Shown here: positions 39,766 through 52,560 of the stretch, piece by piece
How positions within the stretch are numbered: position 1 is the stretch's first letter
How the letters are laid out: each line of letters begins with the position of its first letter
NCBI GenBank assembly: GCA_951813525.2
Contig: CATOTJ020000002.1
Location: 196,954-260,953, forward strand
DNA from: an uncultured Limibaculum sp.
GTDB taxonomy: Bacteria; Pseudomonadota; Alphaproteobacteria; Rhodobacterales; Rhodobacteraceae
Direction of reading: 5' to 3'
DNA length: 64,000 nt
The notes under the pieces: generated by a model
Databases searched by the model: none
The model's input: the letters and a program-made list of their open reading frames with translations, nothing else
Told to the model about the DNA's origin: nothing
Translations under genes and position numbers: made by a program

Positions 39766-41412
39766 TCATTCCTCGATGGGAACGATGATCGGTTCCGGCG
39801 CTGGTTTGCCGAGGATGAGATCGGAAGCCTTTTCTGCAATCATCATAGTGCCGGCTGCCAGGTTGGCAGACATCATCCTTGGCATGATCGATGCATCGAC
39901 CACACGCAGCGCATGGACACCGTGGACCCGCAGCTGATCGTCGACCACCGCGACCGGATCAGTTATGGGTGACATGCGGCAGGTCCCCATCAGGTGGAAA
40001 GTGCTGGTCCCGGTTTGGCGGGCCATATCCAGCAATTCGTCGTCAGTCTGAACGTCGTCACCTGGCTGTTCCTCACGGTCAATGAATGGGGCCATTGCTC
40101 GGGTGTGGATCAGGCTGCGCCCCAGGCGCATCGCGGCCACGACTGCGCGCCGATCGGCCTCATGCGCCAGGTAGTTTGGCTGAATGGCCGGTTTCTGAAA
40201 CGGGTCATCTGATCTTGAGCGGACGAAACCGCTGCTCTCGGGCCTGTGCTGCCAGGCCGCGAGCGTGCACCCCGGTGCTTCAGCCAGCACGCCGTGGCGG
40301 GTGGGATCGAAGCTTGCGGGTGTGAAGATGAACTGCAGGTCATTGCTTTTCGCCGCAGGATCCGAGTGCCAGAAGCCATAGACCATTGACGGATTCAGAT
40401 CGACGATGCTTTTTGCGCCGAAGACGTATTTCAGAATCTCCCAACCAAGGCGTGGGCCGCGCGAGATCTCGTTGAGTGTCTGGATCCCCTTTACTCGCGC
40501 CACGACGCGCGGCGCGATGTGGTCGCGCAAGTTTTCGCCGACGCCGGGCAGGTGGTGAACGGTCTCTATCCCCAGATCGTTCAACAGGTCGGTCGGCCCG
40601 ACGCCCGAAAGCTGCAGCAGTTGCGGTGAGTTCACCGCTCCGCTTGACAGGATCACTTCGCGATTGGCGCGCACGTGCTTTGGTGTGCCGCCGCGGCCGC
40701 CTTGGGAGTAAGCGACGCCGACGGCCTTTTTACCCTCGAAAAGCACCTTCGTCGCGAAAGCCCCGGTCACGACCGTCAGATTTCGCCGCGACCGCGCCGG
40801 TCGTAGAAAAGCACGCGCAGTGCTGACCCGGCGCCCGCCGCGCGCAGTCCGCTGGACATAGTTGATGCCCTCTTGCCGCGCGCCATTGTAGTCGGGATTG
40901 CGCGGGATCCCGAGTTCCGCAGCGCCGGCGATAAACGCGTCGGCGAGCGGATGCGTATAGAGCAAGGCCTCGACGGTCATCGGACCTTCGCGGCCCCGGA
41001 ACACATCGTCGCCCTGGCCAACCCAGCGTTCGCATCGCTTGAAATAAGGCAGAACGTCCGCGTATCCCCAGCCATGATTGCCCAACTGCGCCCACAGGTC
41101 ATAATCCAGGCGCTGGCCACGGTTGTAAATCATGCCGTTGATTGAACTGGATCCGCCCAACGTCTTGCCGCGAGGCACGGGGATCCGCCGCCCGTTAGTA
41201 TTTGCGCCTGGGTCCGCTTCGTACATCCAGTCGATTCGAGGGTTGCCAAGGTTCTTCACAAATCCCGACGGCAGATGGATATAGATGCTTCGATCACGAG
41301 GCCCCGCCTCGAGTAGGCAGACAGTATGCTTTCCACCCGCAGAAAGCCGGTTGGCGAGAATGCATCCGGCCGAGCCGGCACCGACGACAATATAGTCGAA
41401 CGTGTCTGCCAT
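39766..41412 (-). CDS. GMC oxidoreductase (choline dehydrogenase-like)
   Basis: GAGSAG, PRGKTLGGSSSING, GENLRDH, FHLMGTCRM, LRVVDAS. Confidence 0.9.
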   Translation of the reverse strand: MADTFDYIVVGAGSAGCILANRLSAGGKHTVCLLEAGPRDRSIYIHLPSGFVKNLGNPRIDWMYEADPGANTNGRRIPVPRGKTLGGSSSINGMIYNRGQRLDYDLWAQLGNHGWGYADVLPYFKRCERWVGQGDDVFRGREGPMTVEALLYTHPLADAFIAGAAELGIPRNPDYNGARQEGINYVQRTARGGRRVSTARAFLRPARSRRNLTVVTGAFATKVLFEGKKAVGVAYSQGGRGGTPKHVRANREVILSSGAVNSPQLLQLSGVGPTDLLNDLGIETVHHLPGVGENLRDHIAPRVVARVKGIQTLNEISRGPRLGWEILKYVFGAKSIVDLNPSMVYGFWHSDPAAKSNDLQFIFTPASFDPTRHGVLAEAPGCTLAAWQHRPESSGFVRSRSDDPFQKPAIQPNYLAHEADRRAVVAAMRLGRSLIHTRAMAPFIDREEQPGDDVQTDDELLDMARQTGTSTFHLMGTCRMSPITDPVAVVDDQLRVHGVHALRVVDASIMPRMMSANLAAGTMMIAEKASDLILGKPAPEPIIVPIEE

Positions 41413-42109
41413 GCGTTTGCTACATATGTCCCCTGCAAAGCGCCATGATAACGACTTTAGCTCTATTCATCTCGCGACACAGAGATCAATCGGTACCCGT
41501 TTCGCGCAAACTCGCCATTTGAAACCTCGCTATCTAAGTCACTATGGTCTCAGTTTTCAACGTTGAATGGCGGCAAACCGAACGCTGCAGTGCAGCATTC
41601 AGGGCGCATGCCACAGTCCGCCGAGGGCCGTCCGCTTTGTCGTCAACTCCGGACTTAGCTTACCGCGGATCGGTCAACCAGCATCCGCCAAAAAATCGGA
41701 CATTTGAAGAGGTTTGATGGTTGCGCGCCAGTGGGAGTTTTGTGCCTGCATCCATTTTAGGACGAGAGCCCTTGTACCGCCTTGAACCCAGTGCGACCAG
41801 TCGGCGGCGGTGAGCGGGTGCGGCCAAAGATTGGATCGCAATTCGTGACAAGGGAACGGGTGGTCACGAAGTAACAAGAGATGAAGTAGAAAGCATGGGC
41901 CTCCGGTTCGGTTGAATTGGCCAAGGTAACGGCCGCACCGCTCCGGCCCGGTATCGGGCGGCTCATTGGATCGAGACTTCAATTCCGGATTGATCGTAAG
42001 ACTGATAAGTGCCCGGATGCGGGGGAGCCCCGGAAAATTCGACTTGAGCCGACCCGATCATGTCCGGCACATTTCCAATGTTCTTAGAACCTGAACCTGG
42101 GAGGTACGA

Positions 42110-43345
42110 ATGATACGGCGCTTTGTTACTATGGCCTCGACGGCTGGATTGCTGGCGGTACTGTCAGCGGGACCGGTCTCGGCGGATATCGCTGTCGTCG
42201 ATCCGGCAAGTATCGGTCTGGATCCGGCAAAGCTGGAAGACGTGCGAACGGCGTTGCGCCAGGATATCGCGGACGGGCGTGTGCCCGGAGCGGTCATGTT
42301 GATCGCACGCAAGGGCAAGGTTGGTTTTTTCGAAGCCGTCGGTCAGCAAGGTCCCGATGACACCACGCCGATGAGTTCGGACACGATCTTCCGGATTTAT
42401 TCAATGACCAAGCCGATCGTTTCGGTTGCGGCGATGAAATTGGTCGAACAGGGGCGCCTCGGTCTGGATGAACCGATCTCGACCTATATTCCGTTGTTTG
42501 CCGAGATGACCGTATTCCAGCAAGCGGGTGACACCTTTCTCATCAAGGAGGACGGCAGCCGCCCCGCCAACACGCAGATCACGGTTCGCGATTTGCTGCG
42601 GCACACGTCCGGGCTGATCTATGGGATATTCGACAAGGGAAGTCTGGGGCAGCTTTATACCGAGGCGGGTATTGCCGGATCGGATTTCGATCTGGACGAG
42701 CTGTCGTTCCGGATCTCGAAGATTCCGCTGCGCTTCGATCCGGGCACGTCCTGGCATTATTCCAGATCGACCGATGTGCTGGGTCATGTGATCGAACGCG
42801 CGACCGGGCTGACGCTGGATGTTGCGCTGAAGCAGCTGATCTTTGATCCGCTGGGGATGAAGGACACCGCCTTCTACCACGACAAGTCCCAGGCGGCGCG
42901 GATCGCTCAGCCGGTCGAACCGCTGTTTGATGTGACGGACCCCCAGCCGATGCTGTCCGGCGGCGGTGGACTGACCTCGACCATGGAGGATTATCTTCGG
43001 TTTGCGATGATGTTGCGCAATCGCGGCAGCCTGGACGGAGTTCAGATCATTCGGCCCGAAACCCTGGCTTTGATGACCACGAACCAGATCGAAGGCATGG
43101 ATCTGAAATATTTCTATCCAGGTGCGGCCTATGGTTTTGGCCTGGGCTTTGCCGTTCGCCTGACGGACGATGGCCCCTATCCGGGGACTGTCGGCGATTT
43201 CTGGTGGCGCGGGCTGGCGGGTACATATTTCTGGGTTGACCCGCAAAAAGATCTGTTTGCGATCTTCATGATCCAGGACCCGGCCAACCGGGTTCACTAT
43301 ACGGGCACGACGCGTAACTGGGTGTACAGCACGCTGAAGGACTGA
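42110..43345 (+). CDS. Exported serine hydrolase, beta-lactamase/EstB family
   Basis: Signal peptide, SMTK (SxxK), LLRHTSG, Y-S, GGGGL, WxGxAGT. Confidence 0.88.
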   Translation: MIRRFVTMASTAGLLAVLSAGPVSADIAVVDPASIGLDPAKLEDVRTALRQDIADGRVPGAVMLIARKGKVGFFEAVGQQGPDDTTPMSSDTIFRIYSMTKPIVSVAAMKLVEQGRLGLDEPISTYIPLFAEMTVFQQAGDTFLIKEDGSRPANTQITVRDLLRHTSGLIYGIFDKGSLGQLYTEAGIAGSDFDLDELSFRISKIPLRFDPGTSWHYSRSTDVLGHVIERATGLTLDVALKQLIFDPLGMKDTAFYHDKSQAARIAQPVEPLFDVTDPQPMLSGGGGLTSTMEDYLRFAMMLRNRGSLDGVQIIRPETLALMTTNQIEGMDLKYFYPGAAYGFGLGFAVRLTDDGPYPGTVGDFWWRGLAGTYFWVDPQKDLFAIFMIQDPANRVHYTGTTRNWVYSTLKD

Positions 43346-43393
43346 TCCGTGCAAACAGAAAGGGTGGGGCTTTGTGCCCCATCCTGACGCAGA

Positions 43394-44323
43394 TCACGCC
43401 ACGGCGTGTTCTTGAGAGTTGTTCAGAGCCACTTCCAAAACCCCAGCGACAACAATCAATGCGGCACCGGCAGCGTGAGCCCAACCAAAAGGCTCGTCGG
43501 TCAACAAAGCTGCACTTATGACGCCGACGACAAGCTCGCTGAGTATCAAGATACTGAAGACGCCGGTGCCAATCTTGGGCGGCGACCAAAATAGGAACGC
43601 CGTCGTCGGCAGAACGAACAGCAAAGAAATTCCAAGTAAGAACGTAAGGCTTGATGCCGCAATATCAAACGTCGGGATTTCGCCAATCACGTTGGAGAGC
43701 AACGGGTACTGATAGATAGTTGCTATCAAGCCAAAAGTAATCACCATGAAAAGAAGTGGAAATACTCCGTCAGGCTGCTCAACCTCGGTCCTCGCTGCGC
43801 CTGCGGCGATCAAGACCCCGGCCAGCAACCCGAACCAATCGCCTAAGTAGATCGGAACTGGAACACCGACATCCGTTCCAATAGCGATCCAAACCCCCAC
43901 CAACGCCAATACGACGGTTCCAACGCGGGACCATCTGAAACGCCGCTTCAAGAAAACAGTCTCGATGAGCGTTGCCCACAACGGGGTCAGATAGAAAAAA
44001 ACCAGCGCCCTGATGACTTCCGTCACCAGAAGAGAGTTGGCATAGAACACGGCGCCGCTACCAAGTAGCAATCCGCAGATCCAATGCCGCGTGCCGATCT
44101 CTTTACCCTTCCACAAACGCCAAACTGCAATCGGCAACAGCACAGCAAGTGAAATAACGTACTGCGCGACAGTTCCCCAACCACCGGTCATGCCCGCGTC
44201 CAGCAGCATCCTTTGCGGCAGCCAATAAAGCCCCCACACACCGGCAAAGAAGAAAACGGCAAAACAGATCAGGATGTGGTGCGGGTGACCCATGCGTTTC
44301 CATAAGGGCACGGCATGCGCCAC
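43394..44323 (-). CDS. DMT/EamA-family transporter
   Basis: About ten hydrophobic segments; FFYLTPLWATL. Confidence 0.85.
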   Translation of the reverse strand: MAHAVPLWKRMGHPHHILICFAVFFFAGVWGLYWLPQRMLLDAGMTGGWGTVAQYVISLAVLLPIAVWRLWKGKEIGTRHWICGLLLGSGAVFYANSLLVTEVIRALVFFYLTPLWATLIETVFLKRRFRWSRVGTVVLALVGVWIAIGTDVGVPVPIYLGDWFGLLAGVLIAAGAARTEVEQPDGVFPLLFMVITFGLIATIYQYPLLSNVIGEIPTFDIAASSLTFLLGISLLFVLPTTAFLFWSPPKIGTGVFSILILSELVVGVISAALLTDEPFGWAHAAGAALIVVAGVLEVALNNSQEHAVA

Positions 44324-44618
44324 TCGCGCGGACCATATAACGCCATGCTGCCAAACGGAAGGTGATCGGCCGTCAAAGGGGGTCGATGTGCTGATCCACC
44401 GAATGCCGAGCGAGCCCCCGACGACAACGCCTTCCCGGTGGCCATCATTGCGGTCGGCGAGCAGTTTTTAGGGGGCGCCGACGCAACAGAGATGATGCGA
44501 GGGGCGCAAACGCACGCTCAAGCCCACCGATGGATTGCAAACACGGGTATCGTCTGAGCCGCCAGAAGGCTGAAGGGAAGCTGCACGGTCCTTACGCCGC
44601 AGTGGAAGTCCCGCTTTA

Positions 44619-45460
44619 GGCGGCGTCTTCATTTAGGGGGTTCCCAAACTGGTTGGGATTTGATTCAAGGTCGAAAACGGAGGTGATCTTGAGCAGACGA
44701 ACCCTGACGGACGCGCAATGGGCGCAGATTGAACCGCTTGTCCCCGGCAAAAAAGGCGACCGAGGGCGCACGGCGACAGACAACAGGCTTTTCCTTGATG
44801 CAATCCTGTGGTTGGCTCGTACAGCCTCGCCCTGGCGTGATCTTCCGCCTGAACTGGGCAACTGGCGGACCGCACATTGCCGGTTCCGGCGGTGGACACA
44901 TGCGGGCATTTGGGAGAGTCTTTTCAAAGCGTTAAGCGCTGATCCGGATTTCGAATACGTCCTTATCGATGCGACCATTTGCAAGGCCCATGCAGACGCC
45001 AGCGGCGCAAAAGGGGGGCTGAAACTCACGCAATCGGACGCTCCAAAGGCGGCCTGACCACGAAAATCCACGCCGCAGTCGACGCGCTTGGCCTGCCGAT
45101 CCGCTTCACGATTACGCCCGGTCAGTGGGGTGATTGCCCTCAGGCGTGCGGCTTGATCGAGGGGTTTTCGGGCGTCGGGCACGTCATGGCAGATGCGGCT
45201 TATGATGCTGATTACCTGCGGGCCTTCATCGTTGATGAACTTGATGCAAAGGCGCAGATCAAGCAAAATCCGACGCGAACAGCACAAAAGGCAATCGATT
45301 GGTCGCTCTACAAAGAACGCCACCTTGTCGAATGTTTCTTCAATAGGATCAAACGCTTCCGCCGCATAGCCCTACGGTGCGAAAAGACTATATCGTCCTT
45401 CCGAGCCTTCGTATCCCTCGCATGCACAATGGCCTGGCTCGCTTAAATGAAGACGCCGCC
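44619..45460 (+). mobile_element. IS5-family (IS427-like) element, intact
   Basis: Perfect 17-bp IR GGCGGCGTCTTCATTTA; TA flanks; orfA from 44689, A4G6 slip, orfB to 45446. Confidence 0.93.
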
Positions 45461-45951
45461 TAGACCAAAATACGTCTGATCTCTTGCAATCAGGCTTCAG
45501 CAATGACGTCGCAACAGCAATGATATCGCAACGCTGACCCTGGATGACGGTAAAACCTGGAGTGGATTTGGAGTTCCCGCGGTTTCGTGGACAGTTATTC
45601 GCTCGGCATCCGTAGCCCATAGGCAGCCTACAGTCCGAATTCGATCTATAAGAGAAATCCGAGGGCCGAGTGCCGGCGTCCGGGGTTGTTCGGAAGAGCG
45701 ACCCAAGCCGCGCGCTTCTGGCTGGCGATGTCGGCGGCGCAGGCCTCGGATTGGGCATCCAGCCAATTGAACTCTTGATCCAGACCGTGTTCCAGATGAC
45801 CGCTGCCCATTAACTCAGAGCTAATGTCCTCTTCTCGGAGCCAACATCATCGCCATCGGGTGTGGACCGATCGGGCTTGCTGGACTAACGTCCGTGCTCT
45901 GCGAGCCTGAAACGGCTGCTATTGAATGAACGCATAAGACAGGGAGTAACT

Positions 45952-47517
45952 ATGAAACATGCTAGATTTCTCGCTGCGTCCGTCGCAACGCTTTTCTTGG
46001 CGGGCGCTGCTGCGCAAGCAGAGAACGTATTGCGTTGGACCAGCCAGGGCGATGCCCTGACGCTTGATCCGCACTCTCAGAACGAAGGCCCGACGAACGC
46101 GATGAACGGCACCATCTACGAGGCGCTGGTCACCCGCGATGCCTCGTTGGCTTTGCGTCCGGAATTGGCTGAAAGCTGGACCGCGGCAGACGATGGCTGG
46201 ACTTTCAAGCTGCGCAAAGGCGTGAAATTCCACGGCGGCGAGGCATTCACTGCAGAAGATGTGGTGTTCTCGTTTGCGCGCGCCAATCTTGAATCGTCCG
46301 ATTTCAAAGAGCAGGCCAAAAATGTCGTCCGCGTCGAAGTGATCGACGATTATACGGTCAAGCTGATAACCGATGGGGCGAACCCGATCCTGCCCAACCA
46401 GTTGACCGGTATCCTGATCATGGACTCCGGCTGGGCCAAGGCCAACAATGTCGAGGTGCCGCAGGACTTCAAGGCGAAGGAAGAAACCTTCGCTGTGCGC
46501 AACACCAACGGGACCGGTCCCTTCATGCTGGTCAGCCGCGCGCCCGATGAAGAGACCGTCCTGGTACGCAACGCGGAATGGTGGGGTAACGGCGAATTCC
46601 CGGGCAATGTCGATAAGATCGTCTATCGCCCGATCGGCAATGCCGCGACCCGTGTTGCAGCACTGCTGTCCGGTGAGGTCGATTTCGTCCTCGACCCGCC
46701 GCTGCAGGATCTGAAGCGCATCGAAGGCGCCGATGGCCTCAAAATCTCCACCGTTGCCCAGATCCGGTCGATCTTCTTCGGCATGGACCAGGGTGTGGAA
46801 GAGCTGCGCTCATCAGACGTCAAAGGCAAGAACCCGTTCAAGGACGCGCGCGTGCGTGAAGCCTTCAACCTTGCCATCGACAAGGAAGCCATCAAGCGTG
46901 TCGTGATGGAGGGTCTTTCCTTCCCGACCGGCATGATCACGCCTCCGGGTGTGTTGGGCAACACATCAGATAACGATGCGCCCTATGGCTTCGATGTCGC
47001 CAAGGCCAAGGCTCTGTTGGCGGAAGCGGGCTATGGCGAAGGTTTCTCGATCCAGCTTGATTGCCCGAACAACCGCTACAACAATGACGAAAAGATCTGT
47101 CAGGCTGCGGTTGCGATGCTGGCCAAAATCGGCGTCAAGGTCAGCCTGGATGCGATTCCGAAGGCTCAGCACTTCCCCAAGATCCAGAACCGGACCTCGG
47201 ACTTTTACATGCTGGGTTGGGGCGTGCCGACATTGGACAGCCACTATGTGTTCTCCTACCTGCTGGAAGGCGAAGGATCGTGGAATGCGACCGGCTATTC
47301 CAATGCACGCGTCAACGAGATCACCAAGGTGATCGCCGCCGAGACCGACATCGAGAAGCGTACCGCGCTGATCGGCGAGGCCTGGGGGATCATCAAGGAT
47401 GACATGCCTTATGTGCCGATCCATCACCAGGTGATCGCGTGGGGCATGGCCGACAATTTGGATATCCCGATTGCAGCTGATGACGCGATGCGTCCCCGGT
47501 TTGCGGTAATGAAGTAA
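45952..47517 (+). CDS. ABC transporter solute-binding protein, family 5 (Dpp/Opp type)
   Basis: Signal peptide, TLDPH, IYEALV, LRKGVKFH, GTGPF. Confidence 0.92.
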   Translation: MKHARFLAASVATLFLAGAAAQAENVLRWTSQGDALTLDPHSQNEGPTNAMNGTIYEALVTRDASLALRPELAESWTAADDGWTFKLRKGVKFHGGEAFTAEDVVFSFARANLESSDFKEQAKNVVRVEVIDDYTVKLITDGANPILPNQLTGILIMDSGWAKANNVEVPQDFKAKEETFAVRNTNGTGPFMLVSRAPDEETVLVRNAEWWGNGEFPGNVDKIVYRPIGNAATRVAALLSGEVDFVLDPPLQDLKRIEGADGLKISTVAQIRSIFFGMDQGVEELRSSDVKGKNPFKDARVREAFNLAIDKEAIKRVVMEGLSFPTGMITPPGVLGNTSDNDAPYGFDVAKAKALLAEAGYGEGFSIQLDCPNNRYNNDEKICQAAVAMLAKIGVKVSLDAIPKAQHFPKIQNRTSDFYMLGWGVPTLDSHYVFSYLLEGEGSWNATGYSNARVNEITKVIAAETDIEKRTALIGEAWGIIKDDMPYVPIHHQVIAWGMADNLDIPIAADDAMRPRFAVMK

Positions 47518-47526
47518 GCAAAAAAC

Positions 47527-47552
47527 TGCCGCGCCGGTTTGCTGGCGCGGCA
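47527..47552 (+). terminator. Hairpin after SBP gene (stabiliser/attenuator)
   Basis: TGCCGCGCC-N8-GGCGCGGCA. Confidence 0.45.
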
Positions 47553-47635
47553 TCTGCAACTTGCATCTGGCAGCTCGCCCACGGGCGGTTCGAATAGCGA
47601 GCTAGGCCCAGTCCGAGCACAAGGCAAAGCCACTC

Positions 47636-48601
47636 ATGTTAGCCTTCATCCTCAGACGGCTCGGCCAATCGGTCTTGGTCATGGCCGTTGTGTCGGCGAT
47701 TTCTTTTTCGCTGTTCAACTTCGTGGGCGACCCGGTCAACAATATGGTTGGCCAGGATGCCACCCGCGAACAGCGGGTACAAATACGCGAAGATCTGGGC
47801 CTGAACGATCCGGTCTTTACCCAGTACGCCCGTTTCATGGGCAATGTTCTGCAAGGCGATTTCGGGCTGAGTTATCGCATTAAGCGCCCTGTCGATCAGC
47901 TGATCATGGAGCGCCTTCCCGCAACGCTGGAACTGGTTTTTGTATCTGCAATCATCGCTTTGGTCGCGGGCATCGGTCTGGGGGTTTACACCGGCATTCG
48001 GCGAAAATCCTGGATTTCGCGGCTAATCCTGTCCAGTTCGCTGGTGGGCGTTTCGTTGCCGACCTTCATCATCGGTATATCCCTGATTTATGTCTTTGCG
48101 GTCTGGCTGCGATGGCTTCCATCGTCGGGCCGGGCAGGTGCCATTGAAATCGGCTGGTGGAAAACGTCCTTCCTGACCGTTGACGGCTGGCGTGCGATCA
48201 TACTGCCCGCGATCACGTTATCGCTGTTCCAGTTGACGCTAATTCTGCGCCTGGTTCGGACCGAGATGCTGGAGGTCATGCGGACGGACTATGTCAAGTT
48301 CGCCCGCGCGCGCGGGCTGTCCGAACGCGCAATCAACTTTACCCACGCGCTGCGAAACACTCTGGTCCCCGTGATCACTGTCATCGGGTTGAACATCGGC
48401 GGTCTGATCGCTTTCTCGGTCATTACCGAAACCGTGTTTCAATGGCCGGGAACAGGTCTGATGTTTATCCAGGCCGTCGATTTCGTCGACGTGCCGATCA
48501 TGGCGGCCTATCTGGTGTTCGTCGCGCTGCTGTTCGTCGTTATCAATCTGGTGGTCGACTTGCTTTACGTCTTCGTCGACCCGCGCATCAGGCTGTCCTA
48601 A
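47636..48601 (+). CDS. ABC permease (DppB-like)
   Basis: GDFGLSY, ARARGLSE EAA loop, ETVFQWPG, VDPRI. Confidence 0.92.
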   Translation: MLAFILRRLGQSVLVMAVVSAISFSLFNFVGDPVNNMVGQDATREQRVQIREDLGLNDPVFTQYARFMGNVLQGDFGLSYRIKRPVDQLIMERLPATLELVFVSAIIALVAGIGLGVYTGIRRKSWISRLILSSSLVGVSLPTFIIGISLIYVFAVWLRWLPSSGRAGAIEIGWWKTSFLTVDGWRAIILPAITLSLFQLTLILRLVRTEMLEVMRTDYVKFARARGLSERAINFTHALRNTLVPVITVIGLNIGGLIAFSVITETVFQWPGTGLMFIQAVDFVDVPIMAAYLVFVALLFVVINLVVDLLYVFVDPRIRLS

Positions 48602-48602
48602 A

Positions 48603-49528
48603 ATGAGCGAGAAGCCCCCCACCCGCTGGCAACGTCTGAAGGACAACGACATCGTCTGGTCGTTCTTGCATTCGCCCGGCGCAATGATCGCCGCTGCAAT
48701 AACCGTCCTGGCGATCGCAGCCTGTTTCATGGCGCCGCTGATCGCACCGTTCGATCCGTTCAACCCGGCGGACATTTCTCTTTGGGATGGCAAGCTGCCA
48801 CCCGTTTGGGTGGAAGGCAGCAATCCCAAGTTCCTGTTGGGCACGGACAACCAGGGCCGGGATATGCTGTCGACCATCCTTTACGGAGGGCGATTGTCGA
48901 TCATTGTCGGGCTGGCGGCAGTCTTTCTGGGCATGTTGTTGGGTGTCTCGCTTGGGGTTATCTCGGGCTATGTGGGCGGCGCCACAGACTCGATAATCAT
49001 GCGAATTGCTGACGTTCAATTGACGATCCCCGGTATTCTGCTTGCCATTCTGATCAACGGGATCGGGCGGGCAGTGTTACCGTTGGAGATGCGCGAGGAT
49101 TTTGCGATTTACGTGGTTATTCTGGCCATCGGCCTGAGCGACTGGCCGCAATTTGCCCGAGTTGCACGGGGTGCAACGCTTGTCGAGGCCAACAAGGAAT
49201 ACGTTCAGGCGGCGCGCGTCATCGACCTGCCGGGCTGGCTGATCATGACCCGCCACATTGTGCCCAATGTGATGCGCCCGGTTCTGGTGCTGGCGACCAT
49301 CGGGTTGGCTCTTGCGATCATCGCTGAGGCGACGCTCAGCTTTCTCGGTCAGGGCATCCCACCGACGACGCCATCGCTGGGCACACTGATCCGGGTCGGC
49401 AACGAATACCTGTTCTCCGGTCTCTGGTGGATCACTTTCTTCCCGGCCATCGCACTCGTTGTGCTCGTCTTTGCGGTCAATCTGCTGGGTGACTGGATGC
49501 GCGACGCCCTGAACCCGAAGCTGCGCTG

Positions 49529-49529
<1 letters not shown>
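48603..49529 (+). CDS. ABC permease (DppC-like)
   Basis: LLGTDNQGRD, RHIVPN, AEATLSFLG, DALNPK. Confidence 0.92.
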
Positions 49530-51235
<1,706 letters not shown>

Positions 51236-51422
51236 CCATGCGCCCGGCTCATTGCGAACACCCGCGATCTTTGTAAGCGATGAAAGTCATCGGACGAAAG
51301 GTCGACCGGTGGCGCCGCAATCCCGGCCGATGGGTGCCGATGTCTGGAATATGCACGGCTCTTCGTTTATCGTCATTGGCCACGTAGCTGTCGTTTTTCG
51401 CCAAGATGATGCCCCCAAGATA

Positions 51423-52475
51423 ATGTCCACAAACTCAATTCTGATCATAGTTACTCCAGACTTCAATCTGGCGACGACGACGGCCTTTATCGATCCTTGC
51501 CGGGCTGCGAACTACCTGGAAGGCCGGGCTCTCTTTGAATGGCAACTGGTCTCTTCGAAGGGCGGGGTTCTGTTTGCCAGCAATGGAATGGGGATCGAAA
51601 CCGCACCGCTTGCAGAGGCGAACGTGCCCGCGGACATCGTCGTTGTGTCTTCGAGTTGGGCACCCGAGAGCCATTCGTCACCCGCGCTGCGCGCCGTCCT
51701 CAGACGGACGGCCAGGCAGGTCAGCGTCATCGCGGGTTTGGACACCGGTGCCTTCATCCTGGCCGACGCGGGGCTGCTATCGGGACGGCGGGCGACGGTA
51801 CATTACGAGCATATCGATGCGCTCATCGAACTTTACGCGGATATCGACGTGACCGAAGATTTGTTCGTCGCGGAGGAGGGGCGGATGACCTGTTGCGGCG
51901 GGGAGGCTTCAGCGGACCTGGCGCTTCAGATCCTGCGCGAGAGTTATGGCGAAACGGTCGCGAACTCGGCAGCGCGGTATGTGTTTCACCAGTCCATGCG
52001 GACCTATGGCATGTCGCAACTGCCGAGCCTCACCGAACCATTGGGTCATAGCGTTCCCGGCACGGTCCGCGCGGCGATCCGGCTGATGGAGGCGCATCTG
52101 GAAGATCCGTTGACGATCCCCGAGATCAGCACAGGCACCGGTATTTCGCAGCGGCAGCTTAACCGCCTGTTCGCCCGGCATCTGGGCAAGACCACAGCTC
52201 TTTACTATCGGGACATTCGGTTGGACCGGGCGCGCGGGCTGGTGACCCAGACCGAAATGCCGTTGACGGAAGTTGCCGTCGCCTCGGGTTTTCGCAGTCA
52301 GGTCACATTCAGCCGGGCCTATCGCGAACGGTTTGGCATGCCGCCCAGTCAGGACCGCACCGAGGGCCGGGTCCCGTTCGAGTTTCGGGCCTGGCCGATG
52401 CATCGCCGACCGTCTGCCCGCCCGTCCGCCCGCCCGTCCGCCCGCCCGTCCGCCCGAATGTCCGATTTCGACTGA
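51423..52475 (+). CDS. GlxA-family (DJ-1 domain + AraC) regulator
   Basis: DTGAFILADAGLL, ATVH, TCCGG, C-terminal AraC HTH. Confidence 0.9.
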   Translation: MSTNSILIIVTPDFNLATTTAFIDPCRAANYLEGRALFEWQLVSSKGGVLFASNGMGIETAPLAEANVPADIVVVSSSWAPESHSSPALRAVLRRTARQVSVIAGLDTGAFILADAGLLSGRRATVHYEHIDALIELYADIDVTEDLFVAEEGRMTCCGGEASADLALQILRESYGETVANSAARYVFHQSMRTYGMSQLPSLTEPLGHSVPGTVRAAIRLMEAHLEDPLTIPEISTGTGISQRQLNRLFARHLGKTTALYYRDIRLDRARGLVTQTEMPLTEVAVASGFRSQVTFSRAYRERFGMPPSQDRTEGRVPFEFRAWPMHRRPSARPSARPSARPSARMSDFD

Positions 52476-52488
52476 TTTCTGTCCGATT
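52459..52488 (+). promoter_or_regulatory. Candidate AraC/GlxA operator: TGTCCGATT direct repeat, 21-bp period, upstream of Rieske gene
   Basis: TGTCCGATT at 52459 and 52480. Confidence 0.5.
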
Positions 52489-52560
52489 ATGCATAGCCGA
52501 ACCTGCCGATCGGCGGAAATCTAACGAGGTTCATATCGCCCAGCATTCGCGGAGTGTGCC

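Noticed and set aside
45823-45894. AATGTCCT/AACGTCCG as cassette sites
   Set aside because: They lie in the promoter region of the ABC operon and could equally be GlxA-type operator half-sites; not counted as evidence.
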